Positions 47,055 through 56,221 of a stretch of DNA of 64,000 bases are shown here, piece by piece. This stretch comes from Candidatus Nealsonbacteria bacterium (GTDB lineage Bacteria; Patescibacteriota; Minisyncoccia; Minisyncoccales; JANBVM01), in assembly GCA_047456315.1 (NCBI GenBank), contig CP179889.1, positions 56,966 to 120,965 on the forward strand, in the 5' to 3' direction. The position numbers and the translations under genes are program-made. Each line of letters begins with the position of its first letter. Position 1 is the first letter of the stretch. The notes below the pieces were generated by a model. That model searched no databases. It was not told the origin of the DNA and saw only the letters and a list, made by a program, of their open reading frames with translations.

Positions 47055-47476
47055 TAATCTCTTTTAAAAAGCTTGACTTCAAGAAAACCAAAACCAATAA
47101 AAACTATAAGTGATAAAAAAGTGGCAACAATAGCTATGGAATAAAATCCGACTCCAACAGCTATTCCTATGGCGGAAGAAACCCACAAACCAGCAGCAGT
47201 AGTTAATCCTATTACACCTGATGATTGTTGAAAAATAACTCCACCGCCAATAAAACCAATTCCAATCGCAACAGCCTGAATTATTCTTAGGATATCAAAA
47301 TTTCCTGGAAAAGTCCTGCTTATCTCTAATGCTACGATTGCAAAAAGACAAGTGCCCAGCGACACTAAGCTATAGGTTTGAGGTCCGGCTTCCCTTTTTT
47401 TATACCTCCTTTCCAAACCAAGCAAGCTTCCTAAAATAACAGATAAAAACAATTGACAAATTATTTCATTGCTCAT
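47054..47476 (-). CDS. MgtC/SapB family membrane protein
   Basis: 140 aa; GLERRYKKREAGPQTYSLVSLGTCLFA is the MgtC N-terminal signature. Confidence 0.7.
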   Translation of the reverse strand: MSNEIICQLFLSVILGSLLGLERRYKKREAGPQTYSLVSLGTCLFAIVALEISRTFPGNFDILRIIQAVAIGIGFIGGGVIFQQSSGVIGLTTAAGLWVSSAIGIAVGVGFYSIAIVATFLSLIVFIGFGFLEVKLFKRD

Positions 47477-47500
47477 ATTTTAAAAAATTATTAAATAAAA

Positions 47501-47770
47501 TTACAATTTATATACTTTATAGCCCTGTCTTGCTTTTTCCTGGATTTTTAAACCCACTGAATCTCCTGACTTAGCCTGCTCAATTTTCTTATGATCAACC
47601 TCCATCGATTCAACTGTCTGGCTGAAATCAGTTTCTCCTCCCACTATTCTTATCTCATCTCCAACTTTCAAGCTATCAGTTATCTTAATAACTACAACTG
47701 AAATCTTGCCAAAATAATGGGTAACTTCTCCTATTAATTTCCCTTCTTCTGAAGGTGCTTTATTTGGCAT
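47501..47770 (-). CDS. small beta-barrel protein (EF-Tu domain-2-like)
   Basis: 89-aa ORF; GDEIRIVGGETDFSQTVESMEVDHKKIEQAKSGDSVGLKI resembles a translation-factor beta-barrel domain. Confidence 0.4.
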   Translation of the reverse strand: MPNKAPSEEGKLIGEVTHYFGKISVVVIKITDSLKVGDEIRIVGGETDFSQTVESMEVDHKKIEQAKSGDSVGLKIQEKARQGYKVYKL

Positions 47771-47788
47771 ATTTAAAAAATTAATAAA

Positions 47789-48343
47789 TTATTTGCCGAC
47801 CTTTAATTTTTGTTTTTTAATGTCATTAATCAAATTCTCCACCAAAGCTTTAGGTTCTCTTTCATAAAAAACCCGCCTGTATCCTCTGAACGGACCTTTG
47901 GCAATCTGCCTTATCTTATCAGCTGTTCCTCCTGTTCCTTCTAAAACACCAACAGGTTTTTGAATTTCAAAAGCAGTAAAAAATTCATGAAAAGTGCCCA
48001 TCCTTCCGCAGATCACCAAAACACCATCAGCAGCTTTTGTCATTATCATATTTCTGCCAGTATAATCAGCGCCAGTATAAATCATTACATCAAAAGGCTT
48101 TGTGGGAAGCTTATAGGTTTTTATATGAGCAGCTTCAGAAATAGCAGGAGAAAAGCCAACCGTAAATCCGCCCACTTCTTTAAAACCCAGGGTGGCAAAA
48201 TAAGGAACACCAGTAGTGCCTCCTGTAATTAAAACGCATTTATGGCGAGCAATTTCTCTGCCAACTTCTTTAGAGATTTCCTCTATTTCTTCACAACAAT
48301 GATCGGTTTTAGCTGCGCCTGAGACCACAATTTTATAACTCAT
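47789..48343 (-). CDS. LOG/TIGR00725-family Rossmann-fold protein
   Basis: KCVLITGGTTGV...PVGVLEGTGGTAD pattern typical of SLOG/LOG proteins. Confidence 0.65.
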   Translation of the reverse strand: MSYKIVVSGAAKTDHCCEEIEEISKEVGREIARHKCVLITGGTTGVPYFATLGFKEVGGFTVGFSPAISEAAHIKTYKLPTKPFDVMIYTGADYTGRNMIMTKAADGVLVICGRMGTFHEFFTAFEIQKPVGVLEGTGGTADKIRQIAKGPFRGYRRVFYEREPKALVENLINDIKKQKLKVGK

Positions 48344-48583
48344 AATAATATAATTTTATCCTTGTTTTTGGCAAAAATCAAACTAAAAAACAAAAGCTTT
48401 GTACTTTTGTTTCTTAGCGAGGAGGGAACAATCTTCTATGAACTTGGCCCACGCCTGACAGGATTGGACAAATCCCGGAATTCCTTAAGACCTCCTCCAT
48501 TAAACATTGTTTGTCCTGCACGAATTTATCGCACACCCCCCTCAGTTTCTAATTTTAATTTAGTGGCAAATATTGTCAAGTAA

Positions 48584-49345
48584 TCAGTGATTTATGAAAT
48601 TTTGCTCATCAATGACGATGGTTGACTTTGAAGGTACTGCTTTTTGAACTACTAACTTCTTTGCAACTATGTAAATGTTTTGACGATACTTTCCTTTGTT
48701 TTTAATAATTCCTAATTTTTCAATTTCAAAACCTGCCTCTTTAATTAATTTCCCAAGTTCTCTTTTTGAAAACCAATGATAATATCTCTGAGCTTTTTTA
48801 CCCCAGGGCTCAAAAAGATCTTTCCAGTCTAGTTTTGATTTTCCAATTAGTTTTAAAAGTGTATATTTAACTAATAAAAATATTTCTTTTATTTGATGGA
48901 ATTGCCAGACAGTTAAAATTAACAAGCCTCCTGGCTTTAACACTCTTTTTGCCTCATTTAAAAACTGGAGTCTTAATTCTTTTGATGGAATATGATGAAG
49001 CACTGCAATGTTGTAAACTGCGTTAAAGTAACTGTCAGGGAAAGAAAGCTTTAAAGCATCCTCAACCCTAAAATCTGCTTCAGGATATCTTTCCCTTGTA
49101 AGTTCAACTAATCTTTTAGAACTATCAATACCAATGTATTCAACCTGCTTTTCTTTAAAAAGAGGGTAATATCTTCCATTACCGCAGCCTGAATCCAATA
49201 CCTTGTCACCAGGAACTAAGTAGTCATCAAATAAAAATATAATTTCTTCCCATGTTTTTTCCCTGGTTCTTGAAAATTCTTCAGCAATTAAGTTGTAATC
49301 CTCCCTGGTTTTAACTAATAAATAATGTGCGTATTCTAGATTCAT
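48584..49345 (-). CDS. class I SAM-dependent methyltransferase
   Basis: Motif I VLDSGCGNGRY. Confidence 0.75.
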   Translation of the reverse strand: MNLEYAHYLLVKTREDYNLIAEEFSRTREKTWEEIIFLFDDYLVPGDKVLDSGCGNGRYYPLFKEKQVEYIGIDSSKRLVELTRERYPEADFRVEDALKLSFPDSYFNAVYNIAVLHHIPSKELRLQFLNEAKRVLKPGGLLILTVWQFHQIKEIFLLVKYTLLKLIGKSKLDWKDLFEPWGKKAQRYYHWFSKRELGKLIKEAGFEIEKLGIIKNKGKYRQNIYIVAKKLVVQKAVPSKSTIVIDEQNFINH

Positions 49346-49346
49346 A

Positions 49347-50909
49347 ATGAAATATCAAAAATTAATAATTGAAGATTTAATTGAGAGAAGAATTAAAAAC
49401 TCTTCTGATTTGGCTGTCTTTAAAAGGCGGATTTCAAAAAAGTATAAGATTCTTACTCCAAGTAATATCCAATTATTAAAAGCTTATCATGAATTAGCAA
49501 GGAAAAAAAGTATTAAAAAATCAAAAGCTATTGAAGAGCTGCTTAAAACAAGACCTATCCGTTCTTTATCAGGAATTGTAAATATCTCAGTTTTAACAAA
49601 ACCTTATCCTTGCCCAGGAAAATGTATTTACTGCCCCTTAGAAAAAGGGCTTCCAAAAAGCTATTTATCAGGGGAGCCAGCAGTCCAGCGCGCCAAGGCA
49701 TTAAACTTTGATCCTTACAATCAAACAAAACAACGCATTAAAATGCTGAGGCAAGCTGGTCATCCAACTGATAAAATTGACTTTAGGGTTATTGGAGGAA
49801 CATGGTCATATTATCCCAAAAACTATCAGACAAGGTTTATTAAAAGATGCTTTGATGCTTGCAATAAAAAAACAAGCAATAACTTAACCCAAGCCCAGAA
49901 GCTAAATGAATCAGCGAAGCATAGAATAATTGGTCTGTCTGTTGAAACAAGGCCTGATTTTATTAATGAGAATGAAATTAAAAGATTAAGAAATTTAGGA
50001 ATTACAAAAGTAGAGCTTGGTGTCCAAAGCACAGATGATAATGTTTTGAAACTAAACCTTAGAGGACACAAGGTTAAAGAAACCATAAAAGCCACTAAGC
50101 TATTAAAAAATGCTGGTTTTAAAATCTCTTATCAAATAATGCCTAACTTGCTTGGCTCAACCCCTAAGAAAGATATTAAATCGATTAAGACCATTTTCTC
50201 TGATGAAAGATTCAGGCCAGATTTAATTAAAATATATCCCTGCGCCCTAGTAAAAGAAGCTCCTCTTTATAGGTTGTATAAAAAAGGAAAGTACAGACCA
50301 TATTCTTTAAAAGTATTAATTAAAATACTTTGTGAGATAAAAAAACAAATCCCATATTACACAAGGATTGAAAGAATCATCAGAGATATTCCTGCGCCAA
50401 AAATAGTAAAAGGACCTGTTAAAATATCTAATTTAAGAGAGGTTGTTGGTGAACAGTTAGAAAAACAAGGGTATAAATGTAAATGCATCAGGTGCAGAGA
50501 AATAAAAGCGAAATATGATTCAAAAGAAAAAATATACTTGTTCAGAGAAGATTATAATGCTTCAGGAGGAAAAGAAATCTTTCTAACTTTTGAAAATAAA
50601 AACAGAACCAAGCTTTACAGTTTGTTAAGGTTGAGGATTCTATCTGGCAAGATGTTTCTACCTGTTTTAAGAAATAGCGCTATAATTCGTGAAATTCATA
50701 CTTACGGACAGCTTATTCCAATCTCTAAAAAAGGAGCTTCGGCCCAGCATAAAGGATTGGGTAAAAAACTAATTCAAAAAGCTGAAAATATTACTGAAAA
50801 TGAATTTGGTCTTAAAAAAATTACTGTTATTTCAGCAGTGGGCGCCAGAGGTTACTGGAGAAAATTCAACTATAAGCTAAAAGAAACCTACATGGTTAAG
50901 CTGCTCTAA
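49347..50909 (+). CDS. elp3: Elp3-like radical SAM / GNAT acetyltransferase (tRNA U34 carboxymethyluridine synthase homolog)
   Basis: 520 aa with a radical-SAM cluster motif (CPGKCIYCP) and a C-terminal GNAT domain. Confidence 0.8.
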   Translation: MKYQKLIIEDLIERRIKNSSDLAVFKRRISKKYKILTPSNIQLLKAYHELARKKSIKKSKAIEELLKTRPIRSLSGIVNISVLTKPYPCPGKCIYCPLEKGLPKSYLSGEPAVQRAKALNFDPYNQTKQRIKMLRQAGHPTDKIDFRVIGGTWSYYPKNYQTRFIKRCFDACNKKTSNNLTQAQKLNESAKHRIIGLSVETRPDFINENEIKRLRNLGITKVELGVQSTDDNVLKLNLRGHKVKETIKATKLLKNAGFKISYQIMPNLLGSTPKKDIKSIKTIFSDERFRPDLIKIYPCALVKEAPLYRLYKKGKYRPYSLKVLIKILCEIKKQIPYYTRIERIIRDIPAPKIVKGPVKISNLREVVGEQLEKQGYKCKCIRCREIKAKYDSKEKIYLFREDYNASGGKEIFLTFENKNRTKLYSLLRLRILSGKMFLPVLRNSAIIREIHTYGQLIPISKKGASAQHKGLGKKLIQKAENITENEFGLKKITVISAVGARGYWRKFNYKLKETYMVKLL

Positions 50910-50941
50910 ATCTTTCTTCCTATCACTTGAGTTTTTCTTTA

Positions 50942-51814
50942 TTAGAAAAGTTTTGTTATAAAATAACCGATTATTGAAAATAGCGCAATGGACGGCAAGG
51001 CTGGAATTGCTTTTCGATGTTTTTGAGAAATAAAAAACAAAAAACCAGCTAAAAGTCCAAGCAAAGAAAATAAAGCAACAATTAAGGACTTAATAATTCC
51101 ATGAGGAATTAAAGAAACGCTAAAAAGCAACGGGAAAACTATATCCCCTGCGCCCAAAACCATAAATTTCCCGCCAGGAGTTATTTCTTTTAAATTACTA
51201 CTAAAAGAAACTATGTCAGGAGGAATAACCAGTCCCAAAATAGCACGACTCTCAATCATTCCTTTTGCAATTTCAACCATGTGCTTTGTCTTATAAACCG
51301 CAATAACATCATAGATTGAAAAAACCACCAATAACACTGCTACCACTCCAGGGGTAAAACTCAAGCCCAAGACACTGCCAGCTCCTGCTACTGCTAAAAT
51401 CATTAACAAATCCTGAATAAAAATAGATGGCCGTTTAATCCACCAGAAAATTAAAAGACCCATTAAAACTAAAGCATAAATATCTGAAATCCAAATACTT
51501 AACGTTAATATTCCACCCATCAAAACAGTTGAAATAAAAAGTAATTTAAAGACAGCTGTTTTTTGTTTTCGGAACTTAATAAAACGAGTTAAAAGAAAAA
51601 TAAATAAGGTGGCTAGAAGAAAATAAACAATGAATTGAATAAAAGGGAATTCAACAACTTCAATTTTTTCAATTTCTAAAACCCTGGTAATTTTCAATGA
51701 GTTAATAATTCCCAGACCTAAAGCTGAAAGAAATAAAAAGCCCTCAATAATAAAAACTTTCCATGTTAAAACAGGGAATCTATCAGAAGAATTATCTGAA
51801 GTAGAATCAGGCAT
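50942..51814 (-). CDS. presenilin/signal-peptide-peptidase-like (A22 family) intramembrane aspartyl protease
   Basis: Polytopic membrane protein carrying YD (FSIYDVIAVY), GxGD (LGAGDIVFP) and PAL (AIPALPSIALF) motifs in the canonical order. Confidence 0.7.
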   Translation of the reverse strand: MPDSTSDNSSDRFPVLTWKVFIIEGFLFLSALGLGIINSLKITRVLEIEKIEVVEFPFIQFIVYFLLATLFIFLLTRFIKFRKQKTAVFKLLFISTVLMGGILTLSIWISDIYALVLMGLLIFWWIKRPSIFIQDLLMILAVAGAGSVLGLSFTPGVVAVLLVVFSIYDVIAVYKTKHMVEIAKGMIESRAILGLVIPPDIVSFSSNLKEITPGGKFMVLGAGDIVFPLLFSVSLIPHGIIKSLIVALFSLLGLLAGFLFFISQKHRKAIPALPSIALFSIIGYFITKLF

Positions 51815-51815
51815 C

Positions 51816-52013
51816 TTATTTTTCTTTGGTCAATTTCAAAATCTCGCTAGCTGGATAATGAGGCGCTATTCTCTTAATTTTATCTAAAATCTTTTCTTTT
51901 TCAGATTTACTTTTTGCCTCAAGATACCCGTCTTTCAGCTTTTTGATCTTCTGCCTTTTCTTTCTCTTAGCCCTTATTTCAAATTGTCTTCTTTTAACAG
52001 AACCTTTACCCAT
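51816..52013 (-). CDS. small lysine-rich protein
   Basis: 65-aa ORF immediately downstream of the Nif3 gene. Confidence 0.35.
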   Translation of the reverse strand: MGKGSVKRRQFEIRAKRKKRQKIKKLKDGYLEAKSKSEKEKILDKIKRIAPHYPASEILKLTKEK

Positions 52014-52019
52014 AATTCG

Positions 52020-52976
52020 TTATTTATTAATTCGTGAAATCCTAATTAAACCTGAACATGAAATAATTTCAATTCCTCTACGTTCAAGTTCATCTAAAAA
52101 AAGATTAATGCCCAGGGAGTCTGAACTCATGTGTCCGGCAATAACAACATTGACATTAGCTGCTTCAGCCTCTTTTTTATGTTCCTCTGAAATGTGCATT
52201 CCGATTGTTGTTCCAACTCCAGCTATGGCAATTTTCTCGTATAGCTTGGAAGAACCCTCTGTTCCACCGGTTATTTCTGTTAAAGCTATCTTGCCGCAGC
52301 GGTTTTCTTTGTTTCCAGCAAATATCTTAGGACCTGCTCCGATTTTCATTGCGTGTCTGTACTCTGGAATTGTTTTTAGAAATTCAACTAAATCCTCAAT
52401 CCTTATTAAATCATGCTTTTTTTCTTCAATTTTGTCTTTTAAAAACTTAGCTGCTAAATTATCACAGGCTGTATGAAGACACATTAAATTAAAGCCTAAT
52501 AGCTTTGCCGCATCAATTGTTCTTTGGTGATTTAGCTTGTTAACACCGCGAGCCACTTCTGAGATTTTTTCTCTCATCAAACCCTCAGCAACATTTATTG
52601 GAACTCCATACATATTTAAAATATCACACTGCAGGTCCATTACATCGTATAGATTAGCCAGGGCCTTGCCCAATGGATGATGGGAAATAACTAAATCAAT
52701 ATTTCCAAGCTCTTTGGCTAACAGAATTTCAGCTGGTTCAATATCAATACCCATTAAGATTCTTTTTATTTCTTTATCTTGGGCAATATATAGAATCTGG
52801 GAATCAGAATAAGGATTTTTTAAAGTTTCTTTATCAAAAAACTGCTTTTGTTTTTCAGACAGCTTTTCATATTTCTTTCTTCTTCTTTGAAGAAGTTTCT
52901 CAATAAACTCTCTTCCCCTGAAATCAGCCTCAATCCCTTTATTTATTGCCAGATTATATATTTCTTGAATCCTCAT
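52020..52976 (-). CDS. Nif3-family (DUF34/YqfO-like) dinuclear-metal-centre protein
   Basis: 318 aa; LVISHHPLGKALANLYDVMDLQ is the Nif3 signature; a domain is inserted in the middle. Confidence 0.7.
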   Translation of the reverse strand: MRIQEIYNLAINKGIEADFRGREFIEKLLQRRRKKYEKLSEKQKQFFDKETLKNPYSDSQILYIAQDKEIKRILMGIDIEPAEILLAKELGNIDLVISHHPLGKALANLYDVMDLQCDILNMYGVPINVAEGLMREKISEVARGVNKLNHQRTIDAAKLLGFNLMCLHTACDNLAAKFLKDKIEEKKHDLIRIEDLVEFLKTIPEYRHAMKIGAGPKIFAGNKENRCGKIALTEITGGTEGSSKLYEKIAIAGVGTTIGMHISEEHKKEAEAANVNVVIAGHMSSDSLGINLFLDELERRGIEIISCSGLIRISRINK

Positions 52977-53110
52977 TTTTTTTTGAAAAATCTCTGGTAC
53001 AACTCTTGGATTAATTCTTCTTGTTTTTTAGCATCTGAAAACCCGCGCCTGATTCTGGCTTTCTCTTTTCGAATATATTTCTTTACTGATTTTGGCAGTC
53101 TTTTCTTCAT
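52974..53110 (-). CDS. small basic protein (45 aa), translationally coupled to the Nif3 gene
   Basis: Manual minus-strand translation from the ATG at 53110 gives MKKRLPKSVKKYIRKEKARIRRGFSDAKKQEELIQELYQRFFKKK. The stop TGA overlaps the Nif3 ATG (ATGA). This ORF is not in the ORF track (<60 aa). Confidence 0.35.
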
Positions 53111-53167
53111 AAACTAAAAAACAATTTGATTCAGAATTGTAGTAATTTAATAATTTTTTCATTTTAA

Positions 53168-54607
53168 TTATTCACCTTTGACTACAGCTAAAGGTACTAA
53201 TTTTGCCACTTTTTTAGACAACTTAGCGTTGTGAACCACATCAATCACACTTTCAATGTCCTTGTATGCTTGGGGAGCTTCCTCAGCAATTCCACGATTG
53301 CTCCAGCACTTAACAATAATTCCTTTTTGTTTTAACGTTTTTACAACATTTTGTCCAGAGATTGTTCTTGTCGCCTGTTTTCTTGACATTGTTCTTCCAG
53401 CACCATGACAAACACTGTGCCAAGCTTCTTTAGACCCTTTAGTCCCTGCTAAAACGTATGATGATGTTCCCATGCTCCCTGGCACTAACACAGGTTGTCC
53501 GCTCTCTTGATATTCTTTGGGAATCTCAGGATGATTTGGGGGAAAAGCTCTAGTTGCTCCTTTTCTATGAATACATAACTTCATAGTTTTACCATCAATC
53601 TCATGTTCTTCGATTTTAGCAATGTTATGAGCAACATCATAAAGAAGACGCAGATTTTGTTTTTCTCCTAATATTTTCTTCCACACTTGCCTTATATAAA
53701 AAGTTATCATTTGACGATTAGCCCAGGCATAGTTTGCGCCGGCAGACATTGCCTGGAAAAATCTTTTGCCTTCTTCAGAATTAAAAGGAACGCATGATAA
53801 TTCTCTATCTGGGACCTTAATTTTATACCTTGACATAGCTTGAGCCGTTACTCTTAAATAATCTGAACAATTTTGATGGCCAAGTCCACGAGAGCCGGTA
53901 TGTATCATTATTACAACCTGGTCTTTGAATAATCCAAACACATTAGCTATATCTTCATCAAAAATAGCATCTACCCTTTGAATTTCACAGAAGTGGTTGC
54001 CACTACCAAGAGTTCCAACTTGATTCCTTCCTCTGTTCTTAGCTCTATCAGAAACAAAAGAAGAATCTGCTTCTTCTAATTTTCCCCTAGACTCACAATT
54101 TTCAATATCTTCTTTATTGCCATATCCTTGTTTAACCAAATATTGAACCCCTTCTTCTAAGATTTTATTAATTTGAGCAATACTTAATTTAATTTTCCTT
54201 CCTCTTCCCAATCCTGATGGAATCTGCGCCTGAATTCCTGTAGCAAGTTCATCAAGGTGGTTTTTAATTTCTTCATAAGTTAAGCTTGATTTTAATAACC
54301 GAACGCCGCAGTTTTGATCAAAACCTATTCCAGAAGGTGAAATTACTCCGCTTGGAAACTTAGTCGCAGCCACACCACCAATAACAAATCCGTAGCCTGT
54401 ATGAATATCTGGCATGGCTAAAGAATATTTCACAATGCCTGGTAAAGCACAAACATTAATAACTTGTTCTAAAGCACCAGGCTCTATGGATTCCAACATT
54501 CTTTCTGAAGTATAAATTCTAGCTGGGACACGCATATCAGGCCTAAAGCTTTTAGGTATTTCCCATAACCAATTAGATATTTTTTTAAAATTATTTTTTG
54601 ATACCAT
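53168..54607 (-). CDS. rtcB: RNA-splicing ligase RtcB
   Basis: 479 aa with HTGYGFVIGG, CHGAGR and the Mn-binding His pattern. Confidence 0.9.
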   Translation of the reverse strand: MVSKNNFKKISNWLWEIPKSFRPDMRVPARIYTSERMLESIEPGALEQVINVCALPGIVKYSLAMPDIHTGYGFVIGGVAATKFPSGVISPSGIGFDQNCGVRLLKSSLTYEEIKNHLDELATGIQAQIPSGLGRGRKIKLSIAQINKILEEGVQYLVKQGYGNKEDIENCESRGKLEEADSSFVSDRAKNRGRNQVGTLGSGNHFCEIQRVDAIFDEDIANVFGLFKDQVVIMIHTGSRGLGHQNCSDYLRVTAQAMSRYKIKVPDRELSCVPFNSEEGKRFFQAMSAGANYAWANRQMITFYIRQVWKKILGEKQNLRLLYDVAHNIAKIEEHEIDGKTMKLCIHRKGATRAFPPNHPEIPKEYQESGQPVLVPGSMGTSSYVLAGTKGSKEAWHSVCHGAGRTMSRKQATRTISGQNVVKTLKQKGIIVKCWSNRGIAEEAPQAYKDIESVIDVVHNAKLSKKVAKLVPLAVVKGE

Positions 54608-55859
54608 AATTTAGTTTTTCGAATTCTTGTTTTACTATTTTTTTATCATCCCATGGGATTTTCTTGCCTTTTTCAATACATATCCAGGGCTCGCAACCTT
54701 TTCCTGTTATTATGACAACGTCATTGGTTTTTGCTTTTTTTAAAGCACTGTTTATTGCTTTTTCCCTGTCCATAATCTTTTCTGCCTTATTTTCAGCGCC
54801 TTGGGCAACTTGATCAATAATATCTTTTGGATTTTCATCATAAGGGTCTTCGTTTGTAATTATAATATGCTGGCAGTATTTTGCTGCAATTTTTCCCAAA
54901 ACAGGTCTTTTCCACTTATCCCTTCCTCCGCCAGCTGCACCCAGAACACAAATCATTTTAGGAGAATTAAAATTATTTTTAATTGAGCTGTAAACCTTTT
55001 CAAGAGCATTAGGAGTAAATGCATAATCAACAATAACCTTAAAAGGTGATGCAACAACTATTTCCATTCTGCCTGGTATATATTTTATCTTTTCTAAAGC
55101 TTTTTTACAGGTTTCTAAACTAATATCTTCCGACAAACCAACACAGATTGCTGCCAGGGCATTATAGACGTTAAACTTACCAATAAGATTAAGCTTAAAA
55201 TCAATGTTATTAACTTTAAAAATAGTGCTGTTTGGATTAGCTTCATAGTTTGTAGCAATCAGCTGATGGTCAATGTTTTTATTAGCTGTCAGACCATAAC
55301 CATATTTTTTATCAGCTTTATACTTTAAAAAATGATTAACATTTTTATCATCAGTATTAAGAACATGAACATCTTTTGTGATTTTAAAAAGTTCTTCTTT
55401 TGCCTGACGATATTTTTCAAAAGAGCCGTGCGCTTCAATATGCTCTGGGCTAAGATTTGTAAAAACTGCCAAGCTAAAATCAATAAATCTGTGGCGGTGC
55501 TGTTTTATACCCTCTGAAGTCACTTCTATAACAGCGTACTGGCACTTTGAATTAACTGCTCGCTTTAAAAGTTTCTGCAAAGTAAAACGCCCTGGCATTG
55601 TCATTTTAAGCATGTTTATCTCTTCTTTGTCAGCTATTTTAAATTTAATTGAGGACAAGGCAGCTATTTTAAAACCAGCTTGTTCTAAAATACTGGATAT
55701 CATCTCAATGACAGTTGATTTTCCATTGGTTCCAGTAACTCCAATAACTTTTAATTTTTTAGAAGGAAAACCATAAAGCACAGCTCCCAAAAAAGCTAGT
55801 AAAAAATGATACCAGTCCAATAAGAAATAAGGGATAAGTTTTTTAATAATTTGTTTCAT
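54591..55859 (-). CDS. Mur ligase family protein
   Basis: P-loop VIGVTGTNGKSTV plus Mur ligase middle and C-terminal domains; 422 aa. Confidence 0.65.
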   Translation of the reverse strand: MKQIIKKLIPYFLLDWYHFLLAFLGAVLYGFPSKKLKVIGVTGTNGKSTVIEMISSILEQAGFKIAALSSIKFKIADKEEINMLKMTMPGRFTLQKLLKRAVNSKCQYAVIEVTSEGIKQHRHRFIDFSLAVFTNLSPEHIEAHGSFEKYRQAKEELFKITKDVHVLNTDDKNVNHFLKYKADKKYGYGLTANKNIDHQLIATNYEANPNSTIFKVNNIDFKLNLIGKFNVYNALAAICVGLSEDISLETCKKALEKIKYIPGRMEIVVASPFKVIVDYAFTPNALEKVYSSIKNNFNSPKMICVLGAAGGGRDKWKRPVLGKIAAKYCQHIIITNEDPYDENPKDIIDQVAQGAENKAEKIMDREKAINSALKKAKTNDVVIITGKGCEPWICIEKGKKIPWDDKKIVKQEFEKLNYGIKK

Positions 55860-55957
55860 TATTCCTTATTTTTACATAAATCTAGGAAATTATGAAAAGA
55901 ATAAAAAAGTCTTGATTTAATAATTGAAATAACATAGAATATATTTGATTTAATATT

Positions 55958-56221
55958 ATGCCAATTAAAAAATCTGCAAAAAAAGCTCTGAGACAAAGTA
56001 AAAAAAGAAGAACAAGAAATAGGGCTCAAAAACAAAAAATTAAAACCCTTTTAAAAGAAGTGAAGGGTTTTATTTCAGAAAAGAAAACCAGTGAAGCAAA
56101 AAAGCTTTTACCTAAAGTATATAAATCCCTGGATAAAGCAGCTAAAGTTAATTTAATGAAAAAAAACACTGTTTCAAGAATAAAATCAAGGTTAACAAAA
56201 GCTCTTACTAAATCCCAGTAA
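55958..56221 (+). CDS. rpsT: 30S ribosomal protein S20
   Basis: MPIKKSAKKALRQSKKRRTRNRAQKQKIKTLLK. Confidence 0.88.
   Translation: MPIKKSAKKALRQSKKRRTRNRAQKQKIKTLLKEVKGFISEKKTSEAKKLLPKVYKSLDKAAKVNLMKKNTVSRIKSRLTKALTKSQ

Noticed and set aside
48362-48583. 73-aa plus-strand ORF in the spacer between the LOG-family gene and the methyltransferase gene
   Set aside because: It is a short ORF in a convergent/promoter region, with biased low-complexity composition and no start-site context. More likely it is non-coding regulatory DNA.
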